DNA of 64,000 bases from a virus (Duplodnaviria; Caudoviricetes): IMG/VR virus record IMGVR_UViG_3300021399_000159, positions 2,753 to 66,752 of that record. One strand, given 5' to 3'. The translations under genes and the position numbers were made by a program. This document shows, in pieces, positions 16,463 to 26,831 of the stretch. Within the stretch, counting starts at the first letter, position 1. Every line of letters starts with the position of its first letter. The notes under the pieces are model-generated. The model did no database searches. It worked only from the letters and a program-made list of their open reading frames with translations, and was not told the DNA's origin.

Positions 16463-16675
16463 ATGACATTCTTGACTAACGAGCAACAGAAACATTATGA
16501 AGTGACACGTAAGCAACTCATTGAAGTAATCGCGCAATTTCATTTTCAAACGCAACAGACTGAGTTACGAAAGATAATAGAGCAAGCGCTAGCAAAACCA
16601 TCCCCTCCATATCAACTCACTCCGAGAGGATGCGGGCTATTGGAGGATAGATTATGCGAGAACACGAACAAGTAA
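16463..16675 (+). CDS. Hypothetical protein
   Basis: GGAGG RBS; promoter 16388-16415. Confidence 0.7.
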   Translation: MTFLTNEQQKHYEVTRKQLIEVIAQFHFQTQQTELRKIIEQALAKPSPPYQLTPRGCGLLEDRLCENTNK

Positions 16676-18306
16676 AAGAGTTTGCCGTTGAAGATATTAT
16701 TCGCTTGGTAAGAGAAACCGATTTATCGGATTTAAATACATTCCTAGTGCTAAATGGCGGCACTGGCGTTGGTAAAACTACCGCTATTATGAATAATGTT
16801 TTGGAAGAATTGGACCATAAGTTTGGACATCTTCAAACAATGTTAGTAGTGGAAAGCCGCAGTATTACAGTTGACCAGCTGCGCCATAAGTATGGCGAAG
16901 CAGACGTATGCCAGCGCCTAGGCTTTGCAAATATGATACGCAAAGGCACAATCGACTACGATTGGGTAGTTATTGATGAATGTCATGGCCTCTTTAGCGA
17001 AGCCTCTTTCGCTGAAGACACAACAATCATTGGAGATTGGATTAAGAACTCGCGCGGCAATACTCATATCATTTTCATTACTGCCAATGATGAATATTTT
17101 GAAGAGCTATCGACGCAATTCTTTTCCGAAGAGTGTAATTTCATTTATTTGTTTCCTGATTTCACTAAATATGTAAGCAATACATATGTAAAGGAAATAC
17201 AATTTATAAAAACCCGAAACACCAATATGACACTCGATTACTTTTTGGCGCAACAAGAAGGCAAGCGCGGAATTGTATTCCTTAAAAGCGCGAGTAAAGT
17301 TAAAGATTGGTACTTCAAGCTACTTGACCAGAAAAAAGGTGTTGCAATGCTCGTTTCTCGCGCAAATCAAACCTCACTTTCCCTTGATATAACACAAGCG
17401 AAAACAGCCGCACAAAACCTTATGCTTGAATTAAGCGATGGCCATAGCGGCCTTACCCTTGCTGACCTCCAAGATATGGCTGATAAACAACGTGTTGCAG
17501 ATGGCAAGGAATCGTTGTTTGAGGCGCTACGTAACGAGCATTTACCAGACGATATTTCAATTTTAATTGTAACTGACACACTTCAAGAAGGTATGTCTCT
17601 TACCTTTCCCAAAATTGATTATATGATTATTGATGGATATGGGGAAGTGGAGATTAGACAGAAAGTTGGGCGCTTTCGCGGCAACCTCGACCAGCTTTTC
17701 ATTATATTCAATCCCTCAAATGCTCGCCGCGACTTCCAAATCCAATCAGATATGTTCGCGCATTTCCGCCAGCTACAAGCCGAAGGCAATCAAGTTGAAT
17801 TGGCAAAACAATATGGCATTTTAAAGGGTGCTCAATTTAAGATTCGATATATAAACGAGCGCAAGCACGATGATGGCTCCAAATCCTACGAAGTAAACGA
17901 GCAAGCCTATCTCCATCTCATCAAAGACCATAAGGATTATTTGCACTTAATGGGTAATACGGAAGAGGCCGTGCGCGAAATGTATTCATACTTGGGCGCA
18001 GTTCCTAAACTCATAGACCCCAACTTAATTCGAATTTCAAATCAAAAGGAATTGATTGTGGAGATTGCAGAACGCTGGCGTGGTATTCCCTTAAAGGGCC
18101 CCGCCCAAGAAGCACTCCTACAAGATTTTGCCGCAATGGGCATCAAGGATAAATCGCGCCACTCTATTAATTCATTGCGCGGATGCACTACGCTATTCAC
18201 AGACGCAGGAATTACCGTTGCTGAAAAACAAGCAACATTAAAAGACTTAGAGCAATGGCCGCAATACCTTACTAAAGTGCGTGAAAAATTCCGAGTTATT
18301 ACTTGA
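16654..18306 (+). CDS. Superfamily 2 helicase-like protein
   Basis: Walker A GGTGVGKT, Walker B VIDECH, motif III ITA, QEGMS and QKVGRFR motifs V/VI. Confidence 0.85.
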   Translation: MREHEQVKEFAVEDIIRLVRETDLSDLNTFLVLNGGTGVGKTTAIMNNVLEELDHKFGHLQTMLVVESRSITVDQLRHKYGEADVCQRLGFANMIRKGTIDYDWVVIDECHGLFSEASFAEDTTIIGDWIKNSRGNTHIIFITANDEYFEELSTQFFSEECNFIYLFPDFTKYVSNTYVKEIQFIKTRNTNMTLDYFLAQQEGKRGIVFLKSASKVKDWYFKLLDQKKGVAMLVSRANQTSLSLDITQAKTAAQNLMLELSDGHSGLTLADLQDMADKQRVADGKESLFEALRNEHLPDDISILIVTDTLQEGMSLTFPKIDYMIIDGYGEVEIRQKVGRFRGNLDQLFIIFNPSNARRDFQIQSDMFAHFRQLQAEGNQVELAKQYGILKGAQFKIRYINERKHDDGSKSYEVNEQAYLHLIKDHKDYLHLMGNTEEAVREMYSYLGAVPKLIDPNLIRISNQKELIVEIAERWRGIPLKGPAQEALLQDFAAMGIKDKSRHSINSLRGCTTLFTDAGITVAEKQATLKDLEQWPQYLTKVREKFRVIT

Positions 18307-18361
18307 CTTTTTACTTAATTTAAATTATAATATAAGTAAGAAATAGGGAGGAATTTGATTT

Positions 18362-18895
18362 ATGAATAAATATTCTGTATGGTACATGCCCTATAATAAG
18401 CGCTATCTTATAACTCACCCTTGGAAATGGTTCGGTTGCGCCTGGCGCAATATCAGAGATGCATGGCGCCGCTCTGTATATGGATGGACTTATGGAGATG
18501 TCTGGGATTGGTATAATTGGTTTCTTCATACTACGCCAGATATGCTGCGTTATATGGCAGACCACGGCATGGCTTTTCCTGGCCATGAACCATTTGATAC
18601 TCCAGAGAAATGGCATGATTGGCTTCATGAAATGGCCGACTTGCTTGACACTGGGCGCGAAGATTGGCAGGAAGAACATAACGAATACTATGAAGAATAT
18701 ATGAGCAAGTTAGTGGATAAATGGCAACCGTGGGAACCTGATGAAAATGGTATGTATCATACGCCCGCACCAAAGCGTACAGAGCTTGATGATAAATACT
18801 TTGCTCGCATGGCAGAGCTTGATAAACAGGGCGAAGCAAATGTACGTCGTGCAATGGCTCTACTTGGAGAGCATCTCTATTCTATATGGGATTAA
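18362..18895 (+). CDS. Hypothetical protein (Trp-rich)
   Basis: ORF track; GGGAGG RBS; promoter. Confidence 0.8.
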   Translation: MNKYSVWYMPYNKRYLITHPWKWFGCAWRNIRDAWRRSVYGWTYGDVWDWYNWFLHTTPDMLRYMADHGMAFPGHEPFDTPEKWHDWLHEMADLLDTGREDWQEEHNEYYEEYMSKLVDKWQPWEPDENGMYHTPAPKRTELDDKYFARMAELDKQGEANVRRAMALLGEHLYSIWD

Positions 18896-18904
18896 GGTGA
18901 TTCA

Positions 18905-19111
18905 ATGACTAGCAAAATAATTGAAAAGCATAATGATTATTACTGCTCCAATTGCATGATGCGGCAATAGCGCGTTCGTGCAAGTTGTTGGTGGTGTGGC
19001 AATTTATTTTCTAACTATGAAGAAATACTTATTAAAGATTATAATGAGCGTGTTAAAAATCTAGCGGATGGAGGAATAAAAGATGAAGATAACCTTTATG
19101 GAAGAGATTGA
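18905..19111 (+). CDS. Small Zn-finger protein (1 TAG=Gln)
   Basis: CSNC...CWWC spanning an in-frame TAG. Confidence 0.6.
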
Positions 19112-19307
19112 AGCACGGCGTGCCTGGCGTGAATGCATGGCTTGCCCGCGATGTGATGAACTTAAATTTAATATTCATCATCAAACATCTCCACAAACTT
19201 ATAATGATTGGTGGGTAAGCTGTCCTAATTGTGATTTTACAGCTGATGCCGCGCCAACTCGTAAACTTGCTTTGCAGAACTGGAAAAATACGGGTAGGTG
19301 GAAGTAA
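19083..19307 (+). CDS. Lar-like (restriction-alleviation family) Zn-ribbon protein
   Basis: CPRC...WVSCPNC...ALQNW pattern. Confidence 0.55.
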   Translation: MKITFMEEIEARRAWRECMACPRCDELKFNIHHQTSPQTYNDWWVSCPNCDFTADAAPTRKLALQNWKNTGRWK

Positions 19308-19552
19308 TGTTGACTGCGCGTGAAGCTGCTGCGATAGCTTATCTTTTAACTCCATAGGATTTCTCTTTACATAAACACATTGAGGTTAGAATTTGGGATA
19401 GTATTTAGCATGGAGGAAAGCATATTATTTATGCTGGAGAAATCACTACAAATGTAATTGATGCATTACGTGCATTAGGGTATACAGTAACTATTCTTTA
19501 GTATGAAGGACAAGATACAATGTTAAGAATTAGTTGGGAGGATATTAAATAA
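19307..19552 (+). CDS. Hypothetical protein (81 aa; 3 TAG=Gln)
   Basis: Fills the gap exactly between TAATG overlaps at both ends. Confidence 0.7.
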
Positions 19553-19752
19553 TGCCAAAAACACTAGAAGAACTTGCTCAAATGATTGCTGACCGGGATG
19601 GTATTAGTTATAATGAAGGGCTTGCCGCTGTGCGCGATTGTGCCGCAGAACTGGAATATGCCTTTTATAATGGCTCTTTGGATGAAGCAGAAGATATTTT
19701 GAGAACTTCACTTGGTTTGGAATTGGATTATTTAGATTTATTCATCTTTTAA
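19552..19752 (+). CDS. Small acidic protein
   Basis: ORF track. Confidence 0.75.
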   Translation: MPKTLEELAQMIADRDGISYNEGLAAVRDCAAELEYAFYNGSLDEAEDILRTSLGLELDYLDLFIF

Positions 19753-19845
19753 TACTTGACAAATTAAAATTGAATATGATATAATATAATTAGAAAGTGT
19801 ATATTGAATAATATACACTTATTTTATTATAAGGAGGGATGACTT

Positions 19846-21225
19846 ATCGCACAGTTAAAGGATAGCGTAGTATAGGGTAGTTTACGCATCACAGACACGG
19901 TTTATACAACAGATTTAAATTTAAGTAGTTCAACCGCGTCATAGATAGTTAAAACAGATACAAATAAAAATTTAATTACTGGAGCGCTTGTGGCATCAGA
20001 AATACCGACTCTAAGTATTACAGATAAAACAAGTGGGACATTAACAGTAGCACGCGGTGGTACTGGTGCGGAGTCATTTACAGCTAATAGTGTTATTATG
20101 TCTGGTAGTAGTACTACTGGCGCTTTCACTACACGAGCGATTACAAATAATACATCTGCAACCGCAGTTACTGCTTCAACTAATTTAATTACTGCTAATA
20201 CGTTATATTATCATAAAGGTAATTCGAATATTACTACTGTTGGAACAATTACAAGTGGTACATGGCAAGGAACTAAAATTGGCGCATCATATTTACCCAC
20301 TGCTTCAACTACTGCGGCAGGTATTATTCAAATTGGAACTGGTTCTGGCAATGCTATGGCTGGCAATACTACAGTTACAAATGTAGCATTCACAGCCGCG
20401 ACAGATAATGCAGAATATCCAATTTTAATTAAAAATAGTACTGGTTCTACAACAACCGCAGCGAGCGCTAAATTCGCTAATACTACTAATAAATTAACAA
20501 CCATAAATCCAAGTACTGGTACTATTACTGCTCCGGCATTTAAAGGAGCATTAACAGGCAATGTTACTGGTAATGTTAGCGGAACTGCTTCTAATGTAAC
20601 TGGCACTGTTGCAATAGCGAATGGTGGCACTGGTACTGCAACTACTGATGCCCACGAAGTTTTAATTGGTCCTTCTTCTGGTAGTGCAGCCGCACCAAGT
20701 TGGCGCATATTAGCCGCCGCGGATTTACCTACTGCAACTACTAGTGCATTAGGTATAATGAAGGTTGGAACAGGATTAGGTGTTAGTAGTGGCGTAGTAA
20801 GTGTATCTTATGGAACCACATCAAATACAGCTTTACAAGGTAATCAACCTTTACTTAATTTAAATGGTTCTGCTGCGACAGCAGCATCGCCAGCAACATT
20901 CTATGCGCCAACAGCAGCGGGTACATCAGGACAAGTTCTAGTATCTAGTGGCACTGGAGCTCCTGTTTGGACAGATAATACTGGCGGAGGAAAGATTTTT
21001 ATATTAGAAGCAAAATCTATTTTAGGAGAAGGTGATTCTTAGACTTGGAGTGATTCTCGTATTACTACAGACTGTTATTTATTAAGATGGAATTTTTCGG
21101 CTTCTCCAGAAAACAATCCCCCGGTAATGTTAAGTTGGGCTACAACTACTGGGCAGCTTACTGTTACTAATAATGGTGGGACGACTGATGAAACTATTAT
21201 GCCTATCTTATGTATACCTGAATAA
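19846..21225 (+). CDS. Tail-fibre-like protein (~459 aa; TAG=Gln; apparent ATC start)
   Basis: T/A/G/S-rich, GGTG repeats; frame open from 19846 behind GGAGGG RBS to TAA 21225 across 3 TAGs. Confidence 0.7.
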
Positions 21226-21237
21226 TGGAGGGATTTT

Positions 21238-21522
21238 ATGAACAACGTTTATTTTCTACATCAAATATATCATGATAAATCTAATAATACTTGGAACAAG
21301 GGCATCGTTATAAAAGATGCGGCCGATACTAATAACTGGGACGCAGTGCGCTAGGGCTATTATTCCTACCTAGGCGCCTATGGCTATGGAAAAAATCCAA
21401 ATATTGATTTTGTATAGTGTGAAATAACAGACTTAAATGGCATAAGATTAGCTTTTGCAACTTGGCGCGATGATATTGTCGAAGAAGTAATACCGGATGA
21501 ACCGGGAGAAAGTGATGAATAA
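21238..21522 (+). CDS. Small fibre-associated protein (94 aa; 2 TAG=Gln)
   Basis: GGAGG RBS; related to both halves of 23245..23694 and loosely to 49767 and 50157. Confidence 0.7.
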
Positions 21523-21875
21523 TGGCAAGTGGATATAGTACATCAGGATATTTTCCTACAGTAGTATATACAGGAACTATTTCTTCAATTGCAACTCACG
21601 CTAGTAAAGGTGGGACAATTACAAGTTCTAAAGTCTCTATTTCAGGAGATACTGCAGTAGCATGGAGTAATGTAAGCGATATTCTTGCTAATTATGTCGT
21701 AGTTACGAGAAATGTTAATTCTGGGAATTAGCACTGTCTTATCAGTGGTTTTAGCCCTAGTCGTGATAGCGGCTATATCCTTTCTGTATGGAACTAGGAT
21801 GACAGTACGATGTCTCCCAGCTATACAATTGCAGGACTACTAATTCCAAAAGACTTATGTACAGAATTAACTTGA
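21522..21875 (+). CDS. MASG protein 1 (117 aa; 2 TAG=Gln)
   Basis: Extends tracked ORF to TGA 21875; beta-rich composition. Confidence 0.7.
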
Positions 21876-21884
21876 GGTGATTTT

Positions 21885-22190
21885 ATGGCAAGTGGATGCG
21901 TTAAACCTCGTTTTTTATATAAACAATTTACGTATAGCGGCGGCAGCTTAGCCAGTGGTAGCAGTAGAACAATTACTGCTACTAACTTTAACTATGCTGT
22001 ACCAGATGGATATGTTGCTGTAGGAGTTATGGATGCACGCTCTGGTCATAATAGTTTAACTCTTCGCGCGGTTGATTTAAGGTCATCCAATATGATGATG
22101 GTATATAATTATTCTGGTAGTAGTGTATCAAGCCATACAGCCGCCATCAAAGTATTATTTACTTTAGATACGAATGAAACTACAGTTTAA
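21885..22190 (+). CDS. MASG protein 2
   Basis: ORF track; GAGGTGA RBS. Confidence 0.75.
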   Translation: MASGCVKPRFLYKQFTYSGGSLASGSSRTITATNFNYAVPDGYVAVGVMDARSGHNSLTLRAVDLRSSNMMMVYNYSGSSVSSHTAAIKVLFTLDTNETTV

Positions 22191-22201
22191 GGGTGATTAT
22201 C

Positions 22202-22510
22202 ATGGCAAGTGGAACAGATGGATTATTTCCTTTTAAATACAAAACTGCTACTCATGCATATTCTTTGGGTCAATGGTCTGCTGGCGTGCAAAGTAGAACA
22301 AATTTTGGCATTACTAATCCCACTACTCCTACTAACTATTTAGCATTTTCTCTAATGGGCTTTAATACTGGTAATAATAGTAGTATGGTTTCTTATGTTA
22401 CACCAGCCAATAGCAATGTTTTAAGATTATATAACAGGGCTTCTAGTACTATTAGTCCTACTGCGACATTAAGGTTAATGTTTGTCCCATCTTCACTAAT
22501 TGTTGGTTAA
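22202..22510 (+). CDS. MASG protein 3
   Basis: ATGGCAAGTGGA start identical to the two preceding genes. Confidence 0.75.
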   Translation: MASGTDGLFPFKYKTATHAYSLGQWSAGVQSRTNFGITNPTTPTNYLAFSLMGFNTGNNSSMVSYVTPANSNVLRLYNRASSTISPTATLRLMFVPSSLIVG

Positions 22511-22524
22511 GGGAGTTGATGTAT

Positions 22525-23229
22525 ATGACCTTATTAGAAAAATTTTTATAGAAAATTCAAGTCATTAAAGTACTTAAACCTAAATATAGATAGCCCGGTG
22601 ATGGCTCAGATGGTACTTGTGATTGCGTCGGTTTAATTATCGGCGCATTTCGTCGTGCTGGGATAAAATGGTCTGGTATTCATGGTAGCAATTGGTTCGC
22701 GCGCAAAGAAACTACTGGCTTAAAACGTATTGAAAGTCAATCTGAACTTAAACTTGGTGACGTTGTATATCAAGCCTACGAACCTGGCGAAAAAGGTTAT
22801 GCACTCCCAGGCAGATATAGAAAGGGCGGGAAATATTATAATGGCGATGTGCGCGATTACATGCATATTGGAGTTGTAACAAGTGTAAATCCATTTAATA
22901 TTACTCATATGGGTTTACCTACTGTTAAAGTAGATAAATCCATAGGAAGATATTGGAAGTATAAGGGATGGCTTACCAAACTTGGAAAAGAGCCATCTGA
23001 AGAATTGCCGCCACAAACACCAGTAGCACAATGTAAGGCGCGAGTAACCGCAAAATCTGGTAGATATGTTAAAATGCGTAAAGAACCTTCTACTAAATGT
23101 AGGTTATATGAAGAGATACCAATTGGCGCGATAATTACCATTGAAGAGCCAGGTGACGAATGGGCAAAAGTTAGCTATGGTAGATATACAAATTATTACA
23201 TGATGGCGCAATTTTTAGAAATTATATAA
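22525..23229 (+). CDS. NlpC/P60-like cell-wall hydrolase with SH3b domain (234 aa; 2 TAG=Gln)
   Basis: GTCDCVGLI catalytic Cys, MHIG His, C-terminal VKMRKEPS...WAKVSY SH3b; both TAGs lie before the catalytic Cys. Confidence 0.8.
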
Positions 23230-23244
23230 TGGAGGTAATCTATT

Positions 23245-23694
23245 ATGGAAGATAAATTCTTTTTACATCGTATTCGTAAGGATGGCGGCAATTATACCAC
23301 AGGTATTGAAGTTCATAATTCATTAGATGCCGCGATTCAATCTTTTCATTCACAAATGAAAATGGCTTATAACAATCCATCATATCCAAATACTACTTAT
23401 GTCTCTTGTATGGTAACTGATGAAGGGGATAAGGTAGTATAGGGATATAATGAAACTTGGAATAAAGAAAATGTAAATGATTTTTTTGTTCATTATATTC
23501 GTCATGATGGAGAAACTTATACAAAAGGAATTGATGTGCAGTCTGATTTTGGCGCGGCCTGCCGTGCCTATCATACTTATATGGAATTTGGATATGGTAA
23601 TTCAAAGTTTCCAAATATTTCATTTGTAGCTAGTAAAATTACTAGTAACAGCGGCTTAGTGCATAAAAGCGAAGCGTGGACTAGGTAGGAATAA
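23245..23694 (+). CDS. Tandem-duplicated domain protein (149 aa; 2 TAG=Gln)
   Basis: FFLHRIRKDG..YT.GI repeated as FFVHYIRHDG..YTKGI on either side of a TAG. Confidence 0.75.
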
Positions 23695-23700
23695 TAAAAT

Positions 23701-23730
23701 TTGGCGGCAGAAATGCCGCCTTATTTTTTG
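23701..23730 (+). terminator. Intrinsic terminator
   Basis: GGCGGCA-GAAA-TGCCGCC + T run. Confidence 0.8.
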
Positions 23731-23784
23731 TTTGACTTTTTTCAAAAATTATAATATAATGTATGTAGAAGAGAGGAGAAGATT

Positions 23785-23898
23785 ATGTGTTTATTTAGAA
23801 AAAAGTGTCGGCATCATTGGATTGTCCTATACAGAGGACAACTTCAAGTACTACGAAGGTGCGTCAGATGCGGAGAGGAGCGATGGTTTAAGATATGA
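23785..23898 (+). CDS. Small Cys/His peptide (37 aa)
   Basis: GAGGAG RBS; CRHHW...CVRC. Confidence 0.55.
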   Translation: MCLFRKKCRHHWIVLYRGQLQVLRRCVRCGEERWFKI

Positions 23899-24086
23899 CG
23901 GATGATAGAATTATAGATATATTGATATTATTTCTTATTGCAGCGGTTATTATACTAAAATGTATTGGCGTAATTAAGATAGCTTGGATATGGTTTCTAA
24001 GTCCAATTTGGATATCATTGGGTTTGGGTTTTATATTGTTAGTAATCTTATTAATCATATTATTAGTAAGTTATCTTACTAAATAA
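23895..24086 (+). CDS. Small membrane protein
   Basis: Two hydrophobic helices. Confidence 0.7.
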   Translation: MTDDRIIDILILFLIAAVIILKCIGVIKIAWIWFLSPIWISLGLGFILLVILLIILLVSYLTK

Positions 24087-24096
24087 GGAGTATCAA

Positions 24097-24528
24097 ATGG
24101 GACTGTTTCGGCAGAAAAAGCAAAAAGAAGAAGAAGTACCTATAATAGAAAATAAAACATCTTGTGAAATATTTGGCCATTTATGGCAAGACTTTCCATG
24201 GATTATAGAAGATGAATATGACGGGAATCGTTCCCATATTCGAATATCTGAAATATATGTATGTCATATTTGCGGTGAAGAAAAGAAAGTAGTACTATTT
24301 AATGAATTTGAAAAGCTTTCACGCAAGGCGCACGATGAAAAAGTTAATACTTTAAAAACACAATTTAAAACTCATATTAAGCCTATGCCAATTGTTTATG
24401 ATATGATAAATGATATGAAGCTTCTTGATAAAGAACGCCTCGCGGCGTGGAATCAACTTCATAATCCCGCTGCTGAAAAACCTCCTTTTTAGTTAAAAGT
24501 TGGGAAAGAAATATTTGACATAAAATAA
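24097..24528 (+). CDS. Hypothetical protein (ends 24492 if TAG is a stop)
   Basis: CEIFGHLW...CHIC motif; AAGGAG RBS. Confidence 0.7.
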
Positions 24529-24565
24529 AATTTATATTATAATATTAGTATAGAAAGGAGATAAT

Positions 24566-24745
24566 ATGAGAAAGATTAAAATTAGATGGCGTTGTGATGA
24601 AACAGCGGAAGTTTATGAGCAGGTATTTGAAGTAGACGAAGATTGTACCGAATACGATATTGATGATTTGGTATATGATGAAGTAATGGAGCATATTTCT
24701 TGGGGTTGGGAGGAAGTAAAGAATGACAACGATTGTAAGATTTAA
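24566..24745 (+). CDS. Small acidic protein (59 aa)
   Basis: AAAGGAG RBS; promoter 24515-24543. Confidence 0.65.
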   Translation: MRKIKIRWRCDETAEVYEQVFEVDEDCTEYDIDDLVYDEVMEHISWGWEEVKNDNDCKI

Positions 24746-24911
24746 TGAAGATGATTTGCGTAAGCTCGTTGCGCGCGAACTTCAAGTGCCCGAAGAAATT
24801 CTTACTTCAGTTTATACTGAAGAAATGTGTGGTTATGGCCCAGGAGAACACACTACACCAATATTTTATATTGAATATGAAAAAAGGGAGAATAAAAATG
24901 AACGGAATTAA
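24723..24911 (+). CDS. Hypothetical protein
   Basis: ORF track; GGAGG RBS. Confidence 0.65.
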   Translation: MTTIVRFNEDDLRKLVARELQVPEEILTSVYTEEMCGYGPGEHTTPIFYIEYEKRENKNERN

Positions 24912-25335
24912 AATGTCTGATTGCAAGTTTTATGTTAATGAGCAGGCCAGAACAGTTGTTTGTGCCATTCCTAATACTCAGGGTATGTTGCGCGATTTTA
25001 TTTATCAGCATTTTCAGTTTAAAGACATAGATATTTGGGAAGCTACGAACTGGAGTATGATGGATAAAATTACAATGCCATATTCATTTATGGGCAAAGC
25101 AGTTTGTGCGCCGGAAGATGAGTGGAATGAAGAAGTTGGACGTATGATAGCGTTTGCGCGCGCGAAAGACAAGTGTTATAAGAGTTTCTTTAGGCGCGCG
25201 AATATGCTTATTCAGGCTATTGACAAGCGGCTTAACGATATGATTACAACATTTAATGATTTTGGAATGCGGCTAGAAGCAAAGCATGAAGCTTTGCAGA
25301 CTCAAATCAACGAAAAAATTGGTAAAGAAGAATAA
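24898..25335 (+). CDS. Hypothetical protein
   Basis: GGGAG RBS before ATG 24898; G.A.C.P.D.W....G...A..RA pattern common in phage proteins. Confidence 0.75.
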   Translation: MNGIKMSDCKFYVNEQARTVVCAIPNTQGMLRDFIYQHFQFKDIDIWEATNWSMMDKITMPYSFMGKAVCAPEDEWNEEVGRMIAFARAKDKCYKSFFRRANMLIQAIDKRLNDMITTFNDFGMRLEAKHEALQTQINEKIGKEE

Positions 25336-25340
25336 AAAAA

Positions 25341-25372
25341 GAGGGAGGCACTTAAAGTGCCTCCCCAATTTC
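25341..25372. terminator. Bidirectional terminator between convergent genes
   Basis: GGGAGGCACTT-AAAGTGCCTCCC hairpin flanked by A and T runs. Confidence 0.7.
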
Positions 25373-26014
25373 TTTTAATGCAAGTTCTACTCTAACTTTA
25401 ATTTCTTCCATAACTTTTCTATAATAATCTTCACCTTCGGGTGTCAATTGTATTTGCTTTAAAGTTGTATAAGGATAATAGAAACTAAGTATTTCCCTAT
25501 ACCCCACTCCATGCTCTCCAGCATATTTTGCACCAGCTTGACTAAGACCAATACCATGTCCATTTCGTGCGACTTTGGACGCTTGTGTCCATTCATCTTT
25601 GCGCGCGACTAGATATGGTTTCTTTTGGTTCCATACTTCTTCGCAGGCATAGGTTCTGCCGCCATTAGAATGAGAGAAATAGGTTGTACAATAGCGGCCA
25701 CCATACATCAATACTTGGCCTTCAGTTTCTTTCGTGGCCTAATTACATACATCGTAATAATCTCTTGCGGCGATATATGCTTGTGCTTTTCCTGCATCAT
25801 CACTAATAGGCTTACCATCTAATACTCCACGAGAACAAGCAAAGGTGCGACAAGCAACTGCTTGCGCTTTACACGCCTCTAATGAAGCTTTACCAATTTC
25901 AGATGCGACAACACACCTTACATAATCTTCTAATTCTACTTCAACAATAGTACCACTCGCGCATTTAAAATATTTCATATTGCTTGGAGTGGTGACTTTG
26001 ACCTTGATTTTCAT
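25352..26014 (-). CDS. spoIID: SpoIID/LytB-family lytic transglycosylase (220 aa; 1 TAG=Gln)
   Basis: LEDYVRCVVASE...KAQAVACRTFA and GHGIGLSQAGA...ILSFYYP signatures on either side of in-frame TAG 25741-25739. Confidence 0.85.
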
Positions 26015-26089
26015 ACAAATCACCTCAAAGTTTAAGTATTTGACAAATATAAAAATTATGATATAATTTTATTATAGAAGGAGGATTTT

Positions 26090-26509
26090 ATGAAGGAAAG
26101 ATACTTTAAGTTTGCGCGAGAAGCCTCGATGAATGCGACTTATACTGGCTCTCATAGGTTCTCACCAATGATAGGTGGAGTCGCAGAATACAAAGGCTCA
26201 ATTATAGCAAGCGCGTGGAATACCAATAAGACCTCTCCATTACAAGCAAAATATAATGTATATCGTTTCAATGCAGACACTCCGAATAAAATGCATTGTG
26301 AAACAAGTCTTATTCAGAAGATTCGTTGGAAGTTCGGGGATAGCTTAGACTGGACGAAAGTTCATGTATACCTCTATAGGGAATATAAAGATGGCAGACT
26401 TGGACCTTCACGCCCTTGTTCCTCTTGTATGGCACTTTTGCGCGAACTCGGAATTAAAAAAATCTATTATACTACCGAAGATGGATATGTGGAGGAAAAG
26501 TTTAAATGA
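26090..26509 (+). CDS. Cytidine/dCMP deaminase-fold protein
   Basis: HCE...SRPCSSC zinc-binding HxE/PCxxC motifs. Confidence 0.8.
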   Translation: MKERYFKFAREASMNATYTGSHRFSPMIGGVAEYKGSIIASAWNTNKTSPLQAKYNVYRFNADTPNKMHCETSLIQKIRWKFGDSLDWTKVHVYLYREYKDGRLGPSRPCSSCMALLRELGIKKIYYTTEDGYVEEKFK

Positions 26510-26694
26510 AAATACCCAATGATAAACTATATGAAGTAGAAGGACAAGAGGAATCTAACAATAATCAAATTATCATAGAACATATAACGTTTCTTACTTG
26601 GGCTACAAATATTAAAGAAGCGTGTGAATTTGCAGAAAATTATTTTGGTCTTGGGCCACGACTAGTCATAACTAAATGTAAACAAGTCAATTAA
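26506..26694 (+). CDS. Hypothetical protein
   Basis: ORF track; ATGA overlap. Confidence 0.65.
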   Translation: MKIPNDKLYEVEGQEESNNNQIIIEHITFLTWATNIKEACEFAENYFGLGPRLVITKCKQVN

Positions 26695-26831
26695 ATAATT
26701 GCGGCGAAAGCCGTAATTTTTTTATTTAAAGAAAACTAAAACAATTATTATCTTACTCTCGTAATACAAAATAGTTAGAAAGAAGTTTATACTTCTTAAT
26801 CTAAAATTTGAGAAAAAGGAGGTAAAAACGC

